Shown piece after piece: positions 1-11,711 of a stretch of 64,000 nt of DNA (position 1 is the stretch's first letter; each line of letters begins with the position of its first letter). Source of the DNA: Eimeria praecox (taxonomy: Eukaryota); contig OY986947.1 in the NCBI GenBank assembly GCA_963920595.1, positions 1,364,001 through 1,428,000 on the forward strand, given 5' to 3'. Below the pieces are notes generated by a model. That model made no database searches. It was not told where the DNA came from and saw only the letters and a program-made list of their open reading frames with translations. A program made the position numbers and the translations under genes.

Positions 1-63
1 GCGAAGAAGCAAACTAATGTTAAGTTAAATGGCTCAGTGGTGGAAAAGTGGATCTGCAGGAAC

Positions 64-2400
64 TCACCCGCTTTGCGCCGAAGAAAAGCAAATCTCTAAA
101 TGCTGCTGCTGTCATGGAGGCTAAGTCATTTCTGCAAAAGTGTGCAGAACGATCAAGAGTTTTCTCAACAATTATTGACTTACATCACTAGGAAACAGCT
201 CCTTCATGTACTGCTTCGCCTTGGCACAGAATACGCTGCAAAAAAGCAAAACCTCCAGCAGCAGTGACGCGATGCAGGCAGGCAAGTAACCCTCAGCTGG
301 TTGCAGATAACAGCCGGTGTATATTTGTATGCTTTCTTAAGAGTGGCTTGAACTTTGGCAACTGGCCTACGTCAAGAGGGAAGCATAATGAACAGAACGT
401 TCCCGAGACAGCTTCTCATGGTTCCTAATGGGGATGCCTAAATGCCATGGCACAGTCACAATACCACAGCGAAGCATGCAATTAGCCTGGCTGAGCAGTG
501 AAGCCCTCAAGAACTTATGCTAGCTTGATTATTGGTTCGCACCCTGGTGCCTATATTTGAAAGCCCAACGATTTCACCTTAACACGCGTGTTTTGAGCAA
601 ACACGTGACGCTATGAAAACCCCACTTGGCTTCTTAGCGAAGCATGACGAAGCACGTAAGTAGAAGCAGTCCACTAATTCCTGTCGTGCCTATAACTAAT
701 AGCTCTGCATCGGGACTGTCTTCAGTGCGGCACTTAAAAAACCCTACAAAGAAGTTGTCCCCATCTCCGTGAGTTGCTAATGTGCTTGTTTGCAGTGCCA
801 ATTGCCGTTGGCCGCTAACCATCTGAGTTTACGACAACGTAGCCGACCACTGAAGGGTTGTTTGAAAGCCAAGCACGCAATACATCATCTGCTTCGTTCT
901 GCGACCCTGACATCGTGATATGCCCATTCGATGATGCGGTGCCTGCCGTTGCCCATCAGATGCCAAGTGGAGCGCCGAGAAGTCCACTTGCGTAGCAGTA
1001 AGAAATGTGAGCACCTGTAGCGACAAGGTATGGCTACACTTAGATAGCTAAAGGCTGCATAAAGGAGAACGTACAACAAGTGCTTTCGGCTTCAGACAGT
1101 GGCTAGGTGTGCACTACTACTAGGCGCGTGTGCTCAAGTCTTTCACTGGCGGCATGGCAATCTTGGAGAAGAATAACGGGATGACCAACCTTAAAGAGTT
1201 GTTCGGAAGGTGAAAGGTAAAATTCTTCCGCTGAGCCTCTTCTGCATAGGTATCAAGCCGTCTGAGGGAAATCCAGCATGCCAAGGATCACCCGGCGGCC
1301 CCGAAGACAATTCCACCGGCTTTATGCCTATCCATCTACAATGTCTCGCAATAATGTACAACAGGCCTTTGCATTGGTCAAGAAGTGGTTGTTCCACTGG
1401 ATTGATTAGAGCCACTGCTGACTGCGCATTACTAGGTGTCCTACGGGGCACGGCCGACGGGGCTGCAGCCACAGGTTTACGAGAAATAAAAAATTACTGC
1501 ATGGAGATCATATCACTTCACCTTAAGGAAGAAATCTACGATATTAGAGAAGAACTGCCAACGTCTTGCCCTCTTCTGAAGACCCTGCATTAATTCACTT
1601 GTGTGCTGGTCTTTCCGCCTAGCTTGCAGTGGTCCTCTGTCTAATCAGCCCAGCGTGCCAAAAGGCGGCGATAGGCTTCTTCCATTCCAATAAAAAACAC
1701 TTTAAAACACAAAATTGGCATTTTAGGTGACAGGAGTTATTATAATTGTGCCGGCCAGCTGGTGCGGGCCTTCTTTCAAGCATTGCAAAAGCGCTCGCAC
1801 ACGCTTGGGTCGGTTGGGTGAGGTATTCAAGCCGAAGGTACACAAAAAGTACTTCGTTCCTCTATATGAGCCCTCTCAAGCACACAGCCAAGGTACGTAC
1901 GGGCACTTATTTTAGTGCCAAACATTGGCAAGGAAAAGGCCAGTGGTACGGAGTAAGAGGCCAGGGCGCAAGCTTGAGTAGTTTCCCCAGTAGTTAGCTC
2001 AGGAGCTGTAATAGAGCCAAACCACTGAAATTAGGAGGCCGCAGAAAAGAAGTCGGCTAACCCTGCAGCCTCCAAGCCAACTTGGCGCAGCAGCCCAAGC
2101 CTCTGTGCTCGGGGGGATAAGGACAAGCCTGTGAAGGGCTGCAACGCACCTTGCTGAGGCTGGTGCTGCAAGGCAGCCCCATATGCACGCACAACGAATA
2201 CCCCTTTGCTGCATGCGCTAGCATTGTCGGTGGCAGTTTGGACAGTCTTTAAGCACTTGGTTAATCCTGCGTGGCTGACCTCCGAGCAAGTCGAGATACA
2301 AGTACCAATATCGGGCAGAGTGTGCTGCAGAACGCGTCTATATGGGGATTGAACTACTCGCGCCTCCACTTTCGTGTCAGTGGCAGCTCTCACTCTGGCT
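64..2400 (-). CDS. Probable multi-exon hypothetical gene with short exons; structure unresolved
   Basis: Short minus-strand segments flanked by AG/GT give protein-like peptides: NEVLFVYLRLEYL (~1815-1855), LRLVIPLFFSKIAMPP (~1145-1195), MVSGQRQLALQTSTLATHGDGDNFFVGFFKCRTEDSPDAELLVI (~690-822), PVAKVQATLKKAYKYTPAVICNQL (~293-365), VFCAKAKQYMKELFPSD|GTAAGT (~184-235). Boundaries approximate. Confidence 0.35.
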
Positions 2401-3892
2401 AATCGCTGTATCCAACTGATTAGGGCGGTGCCTCGTATTGGGCATACCAGGGCACCAAATAATGCCTTTACAGCATTTTAGCGGCGGCGCACGAACTGCA
2501 GCCACAAACGGATATGCCTTCAACGCCCCTCAATAGAAATTGAGGCAGGGGAGTGACTCAGGAGAGCAGGAGGCTTAACCGCTGCACTCGAAACCGTGTT
2601 GCATGCTGCACTAGCGTGCGCGGGAGAAGCGTGATATGAGGTTTGCGCTTTGCAAAGCATGGCGTTTCAGTACTTTGCCAGCAGTAATCAAATGCTTAGG
2701 AATCAATTCAAGGAAACGAATTAGGGAATTCTCGCCATAATATATGCAGATGACACAATTGGCATTAAAAGCGCTTACACTACGCAGTAGAGCAGAAGTC
2801 GCCTGCTCGTGCGGATATGGTTGCTGCCCCTTCTGCTGTATTGATTAATTTTATCGCTTTTAAAGCCATCTGCGTCGTCTAAAGATGTAGTGGGTCGTTT
2901 CTGCAAGTTCCTTAGCTGAGCGAATAGCGGTGTGTAGCCCGCCACGTGCAGTCTGGTGGGATGCGTGAGGTTGCAAAGACAGCCTAACATCGAATACGGC
3001 CCACTGGACGTGCAACTATTGCGACTGCCCCAAATACTTATGCTGACAAGTGGCTGAAGGAATGGCAGTGTGGAGCGAATCAGTGGGGCAGCGAATAGCT
3101 GATGCGTCCAGTGGCGTCAAGGGGACTTGCAACAGTTGAGGTGAGGCTGACAGCACGACAGCAAACGACCAGATTTACTTCACAAGGAAAGTTGAGGTGG
3201 CCTCTGGCTGTGTATGGAGGGGATTTGTGTTGCCCAGCATCCTGCTAGCAATGCATTTCATGAGGCTGAAGGCAGCAGTGTTTGCAGGAGCTACCAGAGT
3301 AAGGAAGGGCGCAACTAATCGATTCGTTTCACATCAGCTTGCTGCTGTGAAACGAATGGATAAGTTGCGCAGCAGCAAGCTGCTGCAAGTATTACAGGAA
3401 ATACATGCGATTGGCTGCTTTCCAGCCCTCTAAAGAGTGCGCAGGGCCTGATCGTCGTCACTCCCTTCTGCAGACAGCGTAGCTTGTTTCCTCGATTAGT
3501 TTGCGATCAAATTGAAAAGCAGCAGAAAGATGCGGTGGTCTGTGGTGTGTACCACAGCGATATTTGCGGTTTATCGAGAAAATATGTAGTTTGCAAGCAG
3601 CAAGGACTACAGTAGGGCACCATGCGAAGTTCACGCTAGGGCGGGCGGAAGAAGCAGAATAGAGAACCGCAAAAACAAGCCGATTGCAGAGAGAATCTAC
3701 CTGCAGGAGCTTGTGCTTAGTGCAATATTTCGAGGCTGAGGACTCGTGAAGGTTGTTAATGGCATGAATACCCACGCACGGAGATAGCATGTGCATCGGG
3801 TTCCACGTCCCCTCAGGAGGACCCGTCATTCTTTTGAGAAGAAACAGTTTAGTGTCTCTTGTGCAGGTGTGTTGATGAAATGTTGTTACCTT

Positions 3893-5230
3893 TTACCTAC
3901 GTCGGCAATCACTGCCAACCATCGACCCCCAAGACGGATACTCCGCGGCTCTAGAACCAAATGGGCTAAGGCGACCACCATTCCTCTCTGTGCTATCCGG
4001 CGCAGTGCAAGTGTACCGCTCGCTGACTGGAGTTTGCAAATGCGTTGGAGTTTGCAAATGCGTTAAGGTGGCCCCTGAGCTGCAGAGGTCGCACGGACCC
4101 AGCGCACCAAGATTAGGTAAAGAGCTGCAACTAGGCGAGTTTGCTCGAATACTTCCGCAGGCGTAGGGGTAATCGTTGCACAGAGTAGTGGACTCGTAAG
4201 TTTTGCGAGATGAAACTTTGGGAGTAGCAGGCTCTTCTGGTATGCACCCGCTTCCGCGACCCTGTTCACATCGTCTCTTGGGCGCCCTCAGAGGCGAATG
4301 AGCTGCAGAGGTCGTCGACTCTCTCGGAGAGGAGTTCAAAAGGGTATCCTCGAACCTTACACTTGCTTCTCGCGCAACAGGGCATGAAAGAATTTTTGCT
4401 GTGCTTTCGCACCGAACGTTTACCGACGCTTGGGGTGGTGAATGACTGTCAATTTTGGTCCGTGAGCGCCGTACCTGCGGTCTGGGAAGGCGATCAAGCA
4501 CTGCCCTAGCTACTGCAAAATCTGAAGCAGCTGCGCCTAACTGCCACTCGAGAATAGGAAGCAACAGGTCGTTCTCCTCTACGAGAAGTTGGCATACCAT
4601 TGCATGCGACTGATGGAGCTTCGCCTGACCCGACAGCACGTACCGACTCCCTTCAGCACAACGAGGTGGTGCATCAGGTGGAGGTATTACCTCCGCTGTT
4701 GCCAGATGCTCAAAAGAAAGAAGTAAATCCAACAGACAGTCCTCATGTTGCTTCTCGAGTTTGTCAAGCTGCACGCGTAAGCGGCTCTTTCGTTTTTCTG
4801 GGGAAAGCTCAACTGGGGGGCGACGGCGAGAAAAGCAATCAAATATGCTAGTAGTACCAGAGCCAAGTTGCTTGGCCAAGCGGTGGCTTGTAGCCTCTCG
4901 AAACTTAGGTGCCAGGGCTAGCATCGTGTGTACGGCCATGTTCAGGTGCCGGCAAGCTTCGCACAGTTCCTCAGGGGACAGCATCTTTACATCCCCGTCG
5001 GAGCATGGTGGTAGTACCCGCTCGAGCAGTGACAAGGTGGCTTCTAAGTGATCAAGCTGTTGTAAAAGGAGCAGCTTTTCCTCGAGCAACTCGCCGTCTA
5101 GGCTGGCAACTTCGTTGCGGATACGTGCTGCTGTTGTCTCCAGAACACTCTGGGCTCCAGCCAAGAGGACTGAGCGGGAGCCCGGAGGCCCCTGGACAGT
5201 CTCCTTTACGTGAGTTCTAGGACGGCCCAT
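3893..5230 (-). CDS. Hypothetical protein; N-terminal helical domain paralogous to the gene at 5956-7017, followed by a Ser/Pro-rich tail
   Basis: Long open frame (461-codon ORF 3893-5278). Preferred ATG at 5230 in AAAATGG context (alternative 5248). Clear peptide similarity to the neighbouring plus-strand gene. Confidence 0.8.
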   Translation of the reverse strand: MGRPRTHVKETVQGPPGSRSVLLAGAQSVLETTAARIRNEVASLDGELLEEKLLLLQQLDHLEATLSLLERVLPPCSDGDVKMLSPEELCEACRHLNMAVHTMLALAPKFREATSHRLAKQLGSGTTSIFDCFSRRRPPVELSPEKRKSRLRVQLDKLEKQHEDCLLDLLLSFEHLATAEVIPPPDAPPRCAEGSRYVLSGQAKLHQSHAMVCQLLVEENDLLLPILEWQLGAAASDFAVARAVLDRLPRPQVRRSRTKIDSHSPPQASVNVRCESTAKILSCPVAREASVRFEDTLLNSSPRESTTSAAHSPLRAPKRRCEQGRGSGCIPEEPATPKVSSRKTYESTTLCNDYPYACGSIRANSPSCSSLPNLGALGPCDLCSSGATLTHLQTPTHLQTPVSERYTCTAPDSTERNGGRLSPFGSRAAEYPSWGSMVGSDCRRR

Positions 5231-5955
5231 TTTATTGGAACTGAGCATCCACCGAGCACCGTTCAGTGTCCGCGGCAACTGTGCGCGACGGGCAGTGATG
5301 CTCAGCCTACATCCTATTTAACCCTTTTTACAAGTAAATTTAGTGAAGCATTCTACTTTAGGATTTTGGCTGCGCTTTTTGTGAGGCGGTAATCTAGCAA
5401 TGTTGCCGCTGGCAACAGCCCGCACCGCCGCGGGGCCCCAAGGATTGCATATCACTGCTACCGGATATTACAGCGAAAAATTGAAGCTAACTGCGCTTTC
5501 CAGTGTCTTCTAGTCTTCTACATCACTGGAAACCCTAATGTGATGCAATGTAGAATCAATTTATGAGGGAGCTGCTCGCACCTTCACAACGAGCAAGGAA
5601 CGGGACTCGATCTCGAAGGGTCATCTCTTTCAGAAGTTCAAGGCGCTGGGTTATTCGGAATGGAGGCCTTGAAATCCTACCCCCTTCAGCTTCACACACA
5701 TATTTTTTAAATTATTGATGGTTTACTTTGGAGCCAATATCAACCTGCGTTGCGTTTCCAGCTTTGAGGGATTGTTTGGTGACCATTGAGGAACTGCGCG
5801 CCGTTCCGCAGCTGTGTCCACTCGACTGCGTTTTTCTTTTCTCGAAGCGCTCCCCCTCATCTTTGTCCTACTTTCTCCTGGAATATATTTACCGTGCAGC
5901 GCCCAGTGGTTCTTGCTCCCTCTTGTCCTTCAGCTGATGCATTTTTTTCATAAAA

Positions 5956-7017
5956 ATGGGGGCAGGAGGCAGAGGCCACTGCCACGTACGTGGCCGCAGG
6001 CGTCATCGTTCACATTACGGTAAGTAAGGCCAGCTCATGTGACAGTTCAGGCATACTATGAATGCAGTTTTGTTCTTCCCGTTGGTCATGGGGGCACGGC
6101 TTGGAGGCGAAAACAAATCGGCGAAGCGAACAACTGCAACTTAAACCCAGCCATTTATGCTGATAGAACTAGGTGCCTCGGAGAGCGCCCACCAATTAGT
6201 CTAGTCTGCGTCATCTGGTGATAGAAGGAGCACGGAGAGTCGTTCAACAGCTTGGCTCCCATACCTTTTTTGTGCAGATGGACATTACTTCCCTTATGAG
6301 GACGGGAAGAAGCGAACTAGAGGGCAAAAGATAGTACAGGTCAGGCAGCGTCAAGAAGTCTTTGGCCTGGGTACAGCTGCGCGGCTCGTTATGTGTGACT
6401 CGGGAAGGGCGTTGCTCCTCTCCACAGCACACCGCATGAGAGAAGAAGTTATGACTTTTGGAGACTGTTTAGCGAAGGAAAGAATAGCTTTATTAAAGGG
6501 ACTTGACCATTTGGAGGCCCCACTTCTGTTGATTGAGCGCTTGCTTGCGCCTTTCACGGCAGCCGGGAGGTGCCGCGTTGACTTCAGCTTCGTAAACACG
6601 GCGTGCCGACACTACCACATGGCGATAGACGCGTACCTAGCTGTTGCTCCTTCCTTTCGGAAGGCACAAAAAGTCCGTCACAAATGGATCCGTAATAGGG
6701 GTAGGATATGCGCAAAGATCCGTTCTTGTTGCAGCAGGCTATGCTGCGGGTGCCATTGCCACAAGCACCCACCAATGGCCCGTCGTATGTCGAGAGCAAG
6801 GAAGATATTCGAGGATCTTGAGATTAGGCATGAAGCTTGTGTAATTGATCTAGCACTGACATACGAGTATTACTTGAGCTCACCAGAGCCCCCACCACCG
6901 GACGCACCAGCCAGGTGCCTTGCAGCCGGCTCGTTCATTCTAGCAGCACAGAGAAAACTGCACCAAGTAAGCAGGAGAATTGACACAGAAATACGGGACA
7001 AGATGGTACAAATATAG
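5956..7017 (+). CDS. Hypothetical protein (~267 aa, 2 exons: 5956-6019, 6278-7017), paralogue of 3893-5230
   Basis: AAAAATG start, G|GTAAGT donor at 6020 and tttttgtgcag| acceptor at 6277 join in phase 1 into the 6391-7017 ORF. Shares LDHLEA, ACRH, PPPDAP.RC and KLHQ motifs with the minus-strand ORF. Confidence 0.8.
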
Positions 7018-7315
7018 TCGCCACGAGCTCCCTGAGACCTAACAAGTACCTTGATTGCAGCATATCTTACTGGAGTCGTGGGAATTATACGTGAATCCTG
7101 CTTAACATGGCACTAGCGGAGGGAAGTCCTTGAAATTCCGTTAACGCAGCTGTAATTTGCTGAATGAGTGTGCAGAGCTGGAGAATCGCCGTGCCATGCA
7201 ACATACGTAGAAATCTTCCCCCTTCAAAAAGTGCTGGAAAAATGCGTCACGGCGCCCTTTCTGTGCTTCGTTTCAGGTCAATTGCCATTTCTTGCAACCA
7301 CGAGACAAAGTAACA

Positions 7316-8008
7316 ATGGGAATGGCTGAATGGACTCTTGAAGAAGCTTCAGAGGATTTACGGATAGCCCATGCAAAGCTTAAAACACTGCCGCGCCACA
7401 TGCGCTCTGGCCGCAGGAGAGGGCGGAGGCCTCCAACACTGGTAGCCTTTCTGTCGCCCCCAGATTGTGTAACGATGAATGAACACCCGTGGTGGCGCGC
7501 CGCTGACGACCATTGTGGGCCATGCAGAGGAGCATACACTCTTGCACCATGCGCAGGCCATGAATTTCCATCGCCTCGAGCTGTTGTTTGTGGCGGGCGA
7601 TTTGGAACAGAATCAGTGCCCTCGTATGTACTTCCAGCATTCCAGCCAACCAGCGTAGCACACACAGTACGCGCTGCACAGCTTTCACCACCAGCAACAC
7701 TAGCCTATCAGCCAGCTCCAGCAGTAACATTTCCTGTGAACCAAGCGCAACCATCTCCGATGTTAAATGCCACCTCACACCTTCAATTACCATCAGTGTC
7801 AGGCAGACCGTTCCCACCAGGAATAGGAATGGCAGCCACCAGCCCACTGACGGCACCTGTCCGCTTGACGGAGAAGGCAAGAGTGACGTTTCCAGGTGGA
7901 CAACCTGTTTCGACCCATACAAGCAATGGGGGCGTCGGACGAATTGTAACCAACCCGACACAGGGTGCTCCCCTTAATTGTTTTGACACTTTTATTCGAA
8001 TGAATTGA
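7316..8008 (+). CDS. Hypothetical protein (~230 aa, Pro/Ala-rich C-terminal half)
   Basis: Single ORF from ATG 7316 (MGMAEWTLEEASEDLR...); no recognisable domain. Confidence 0.5.
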   Translation: MGMAEWTLEEASEDLRIAHAKLKTLPRHMRSGRRRGRRPPTLVAFLSPPDCVTMNEHPWWRAADDHCGPCRGAYTLAPCAGHEFPSPRAVVCGGRFGTESVPSYVLPAFQPTSVAHTVRAAQLSPPATLAYQPAPAVTFPVNQAQPSPMLNATSHLQLPSVSGRPFPPGIGMAATSPLTAPVRLTEKARVTFPGGQPVSTHTSNGGVGRIVTNPTQGAPLNCFDTFIRMN

Positions 8009-8217
8009 CCCAAAGTGATGCTACTTCCTCAATTTGCCAATGAAAGAAAAAATAATGCAAAACAAAGCCTTCGCCGCGTATGCATTTGAGCCGTTAGGTG
8101 CTCAAAAGGCTAGCACAGAAAAGGCAAGAAAACAGTGGGTGCGTTACATGTAACTGCCTCCGCTGGAAGCTCTTCAGTGGCGTCAGTGTCAAAGTGTACT
8201 ATTGCGTATCAGTGGAA

Positions 8218-9953
<1,736 letters not shown>

Positions 9954-11546
9954 AAAGAAGAGCTGCTGTCTACAAACTGTTCATGGTTTGACAAGAGAGC
10001 TTCTCCCCCCAGTTTGACGGTGCGAAAAAATGCAAACAAAAAATGAGGACAAAATAACGTGGCGATCACTATGCTACTGGAAGTAAAGTTCGTAATCGAG
10101 CGCTGCCTCAGACTCCCCAGTTTCCTTCCTACTCGCCTGTCAAAATACGTACATGCGATAAGCAAAAATACACCGCGCCAGCTCGATTGAGTCTTGGGAA
10201 TATCTTCATTGCAGGGCAAGTCTACGAACTCTGAAATACCAGTGACAGCGGCTGCGTGTGACTGTGAACGGCTTTCGCTTCGTTGGCGCACCTCTTCTTG
10301 TTTATGGAATGGTTTGGACCGGAACATAACAGGCCGCCGCGGCCGCCTCGACGCAGTTTCATTAGACTGACGAAGTGACAACTGCGGTTCATTCCAGCCA
10401 CATGCTTTCGTCATAAACTGGCAAGCATAGCTCTGATGGTCCAGTCCTCCAAGTGTCTGGCTGTGGTCTAGAGTGCAGCCTCCACGCAGCTTGCCTGCAG
10501 TCTTTCGTCGTTTTTCAGGTGCTGTTGGGTCAGCTTTTCTTGGCGTGCTCGTTCACGTCGCTGTTTTTCTTTAGCCTTCTCCAGCTGGTGCACCAGTTCC
10601 GGGTTTTCCGCTGTGTACGAAGCGCATCTGCACGAAGTGGACTGAAGGCACTCCTGTATAGCTAGTGCTGCACAGTCACTATGAGGCAAGCGCTTCACTT
10701 CAGGGAAAATCCAAGAAAAAGCTGGGTGCAAGCATTCAATGGCTGCATTGGTTGGATTTATCGCGTGGCTTCTTGCCTTCGTGCTTGGCAAGAGCTGCAA
10801 GGTGGGAGTCGAGTCGAGCTTCAATCTGCTCTAACATGCGTAGGCAGTCAGCAGACGCCTCTTCTGTCCGCATAGCGCAGCACATCTAAACATAGACACA
10901 ATCGTATGAGCTTTGGGAACAAAACAACAGCGGAAGTAATCTGCCGACGACCAAGAGTAGAAATGCAGGCTAGAACAGCAGGACTTCTGCAATCACCGGG
11001 AACTTACCGAGCCGTCATGGGGATTAAAAGCCTGGGGCAATTGGTGCAAATAGCTTACTTTCGAAGCCGCAGGCTGCATGTATGGCCGATACATGGACCG
11101 TCAACTTTTGGAGTGCGGCGGAGGCATCAGATTCTTGTTCTTGAGAGGCCAGTTCTTCTGCAGCGCAGACGGTAACAGCAACCAGAACTCCACGCAATTA
11201 GTTTAACTGCGGGAACTTTTGCCGTGAAGTCAAGAGATGCGCTGTCCGATGCTCGTCTTTGATTAAAGCCTCCCTCCCCAGCAGAAGCTGCAACTCAACA
11301 AGTAAAGTTGCTGAGTAATATTATGAGTTTCAGTAAGGTGACAGTTACGCACCTCGATGTTGCATGCATTTGGCACGCTGCTGTTGTAGCTGCTGCTGAA
11401 GCTGTGCAATAACTGCTTCAAGTCCTGCCAGCCGGGCCCCCATTTCTGCGCGAGTGTCGGCGAATCTTTTTTCCATTGCCTCCAACTCCTGCGCATTCAT
11501 CCATGCTGTGCAAGAATTCTTGACCAAATGCAACTAACGTGATCAA

Positions 11547-11711
11547 AAGTTACAAGACATTTTTGCTATTCCTTCGGGCATAATGGGCTCTTCTCCACCA
11601 TGGGATTCCATGCGGGCAACAAATATATCAAGTTACAAGACAGTTTTGCTATTCCTTCGGCATAATGGGCTCTTCTCCACCATGGGATTCCATGCGGGCA
11701 ACAGATATATC
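11547..11711. repeat. Tandem duplication of an ~83-bp unit (11547-11629, 11630-11711) within a CFAP100 intron
   Basis: Two near-identical copies AAGTTACAAGACA...GGGCAACA(A/G)ATATATC differing by about two substitutions and one indel. Confidence 0.95.
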
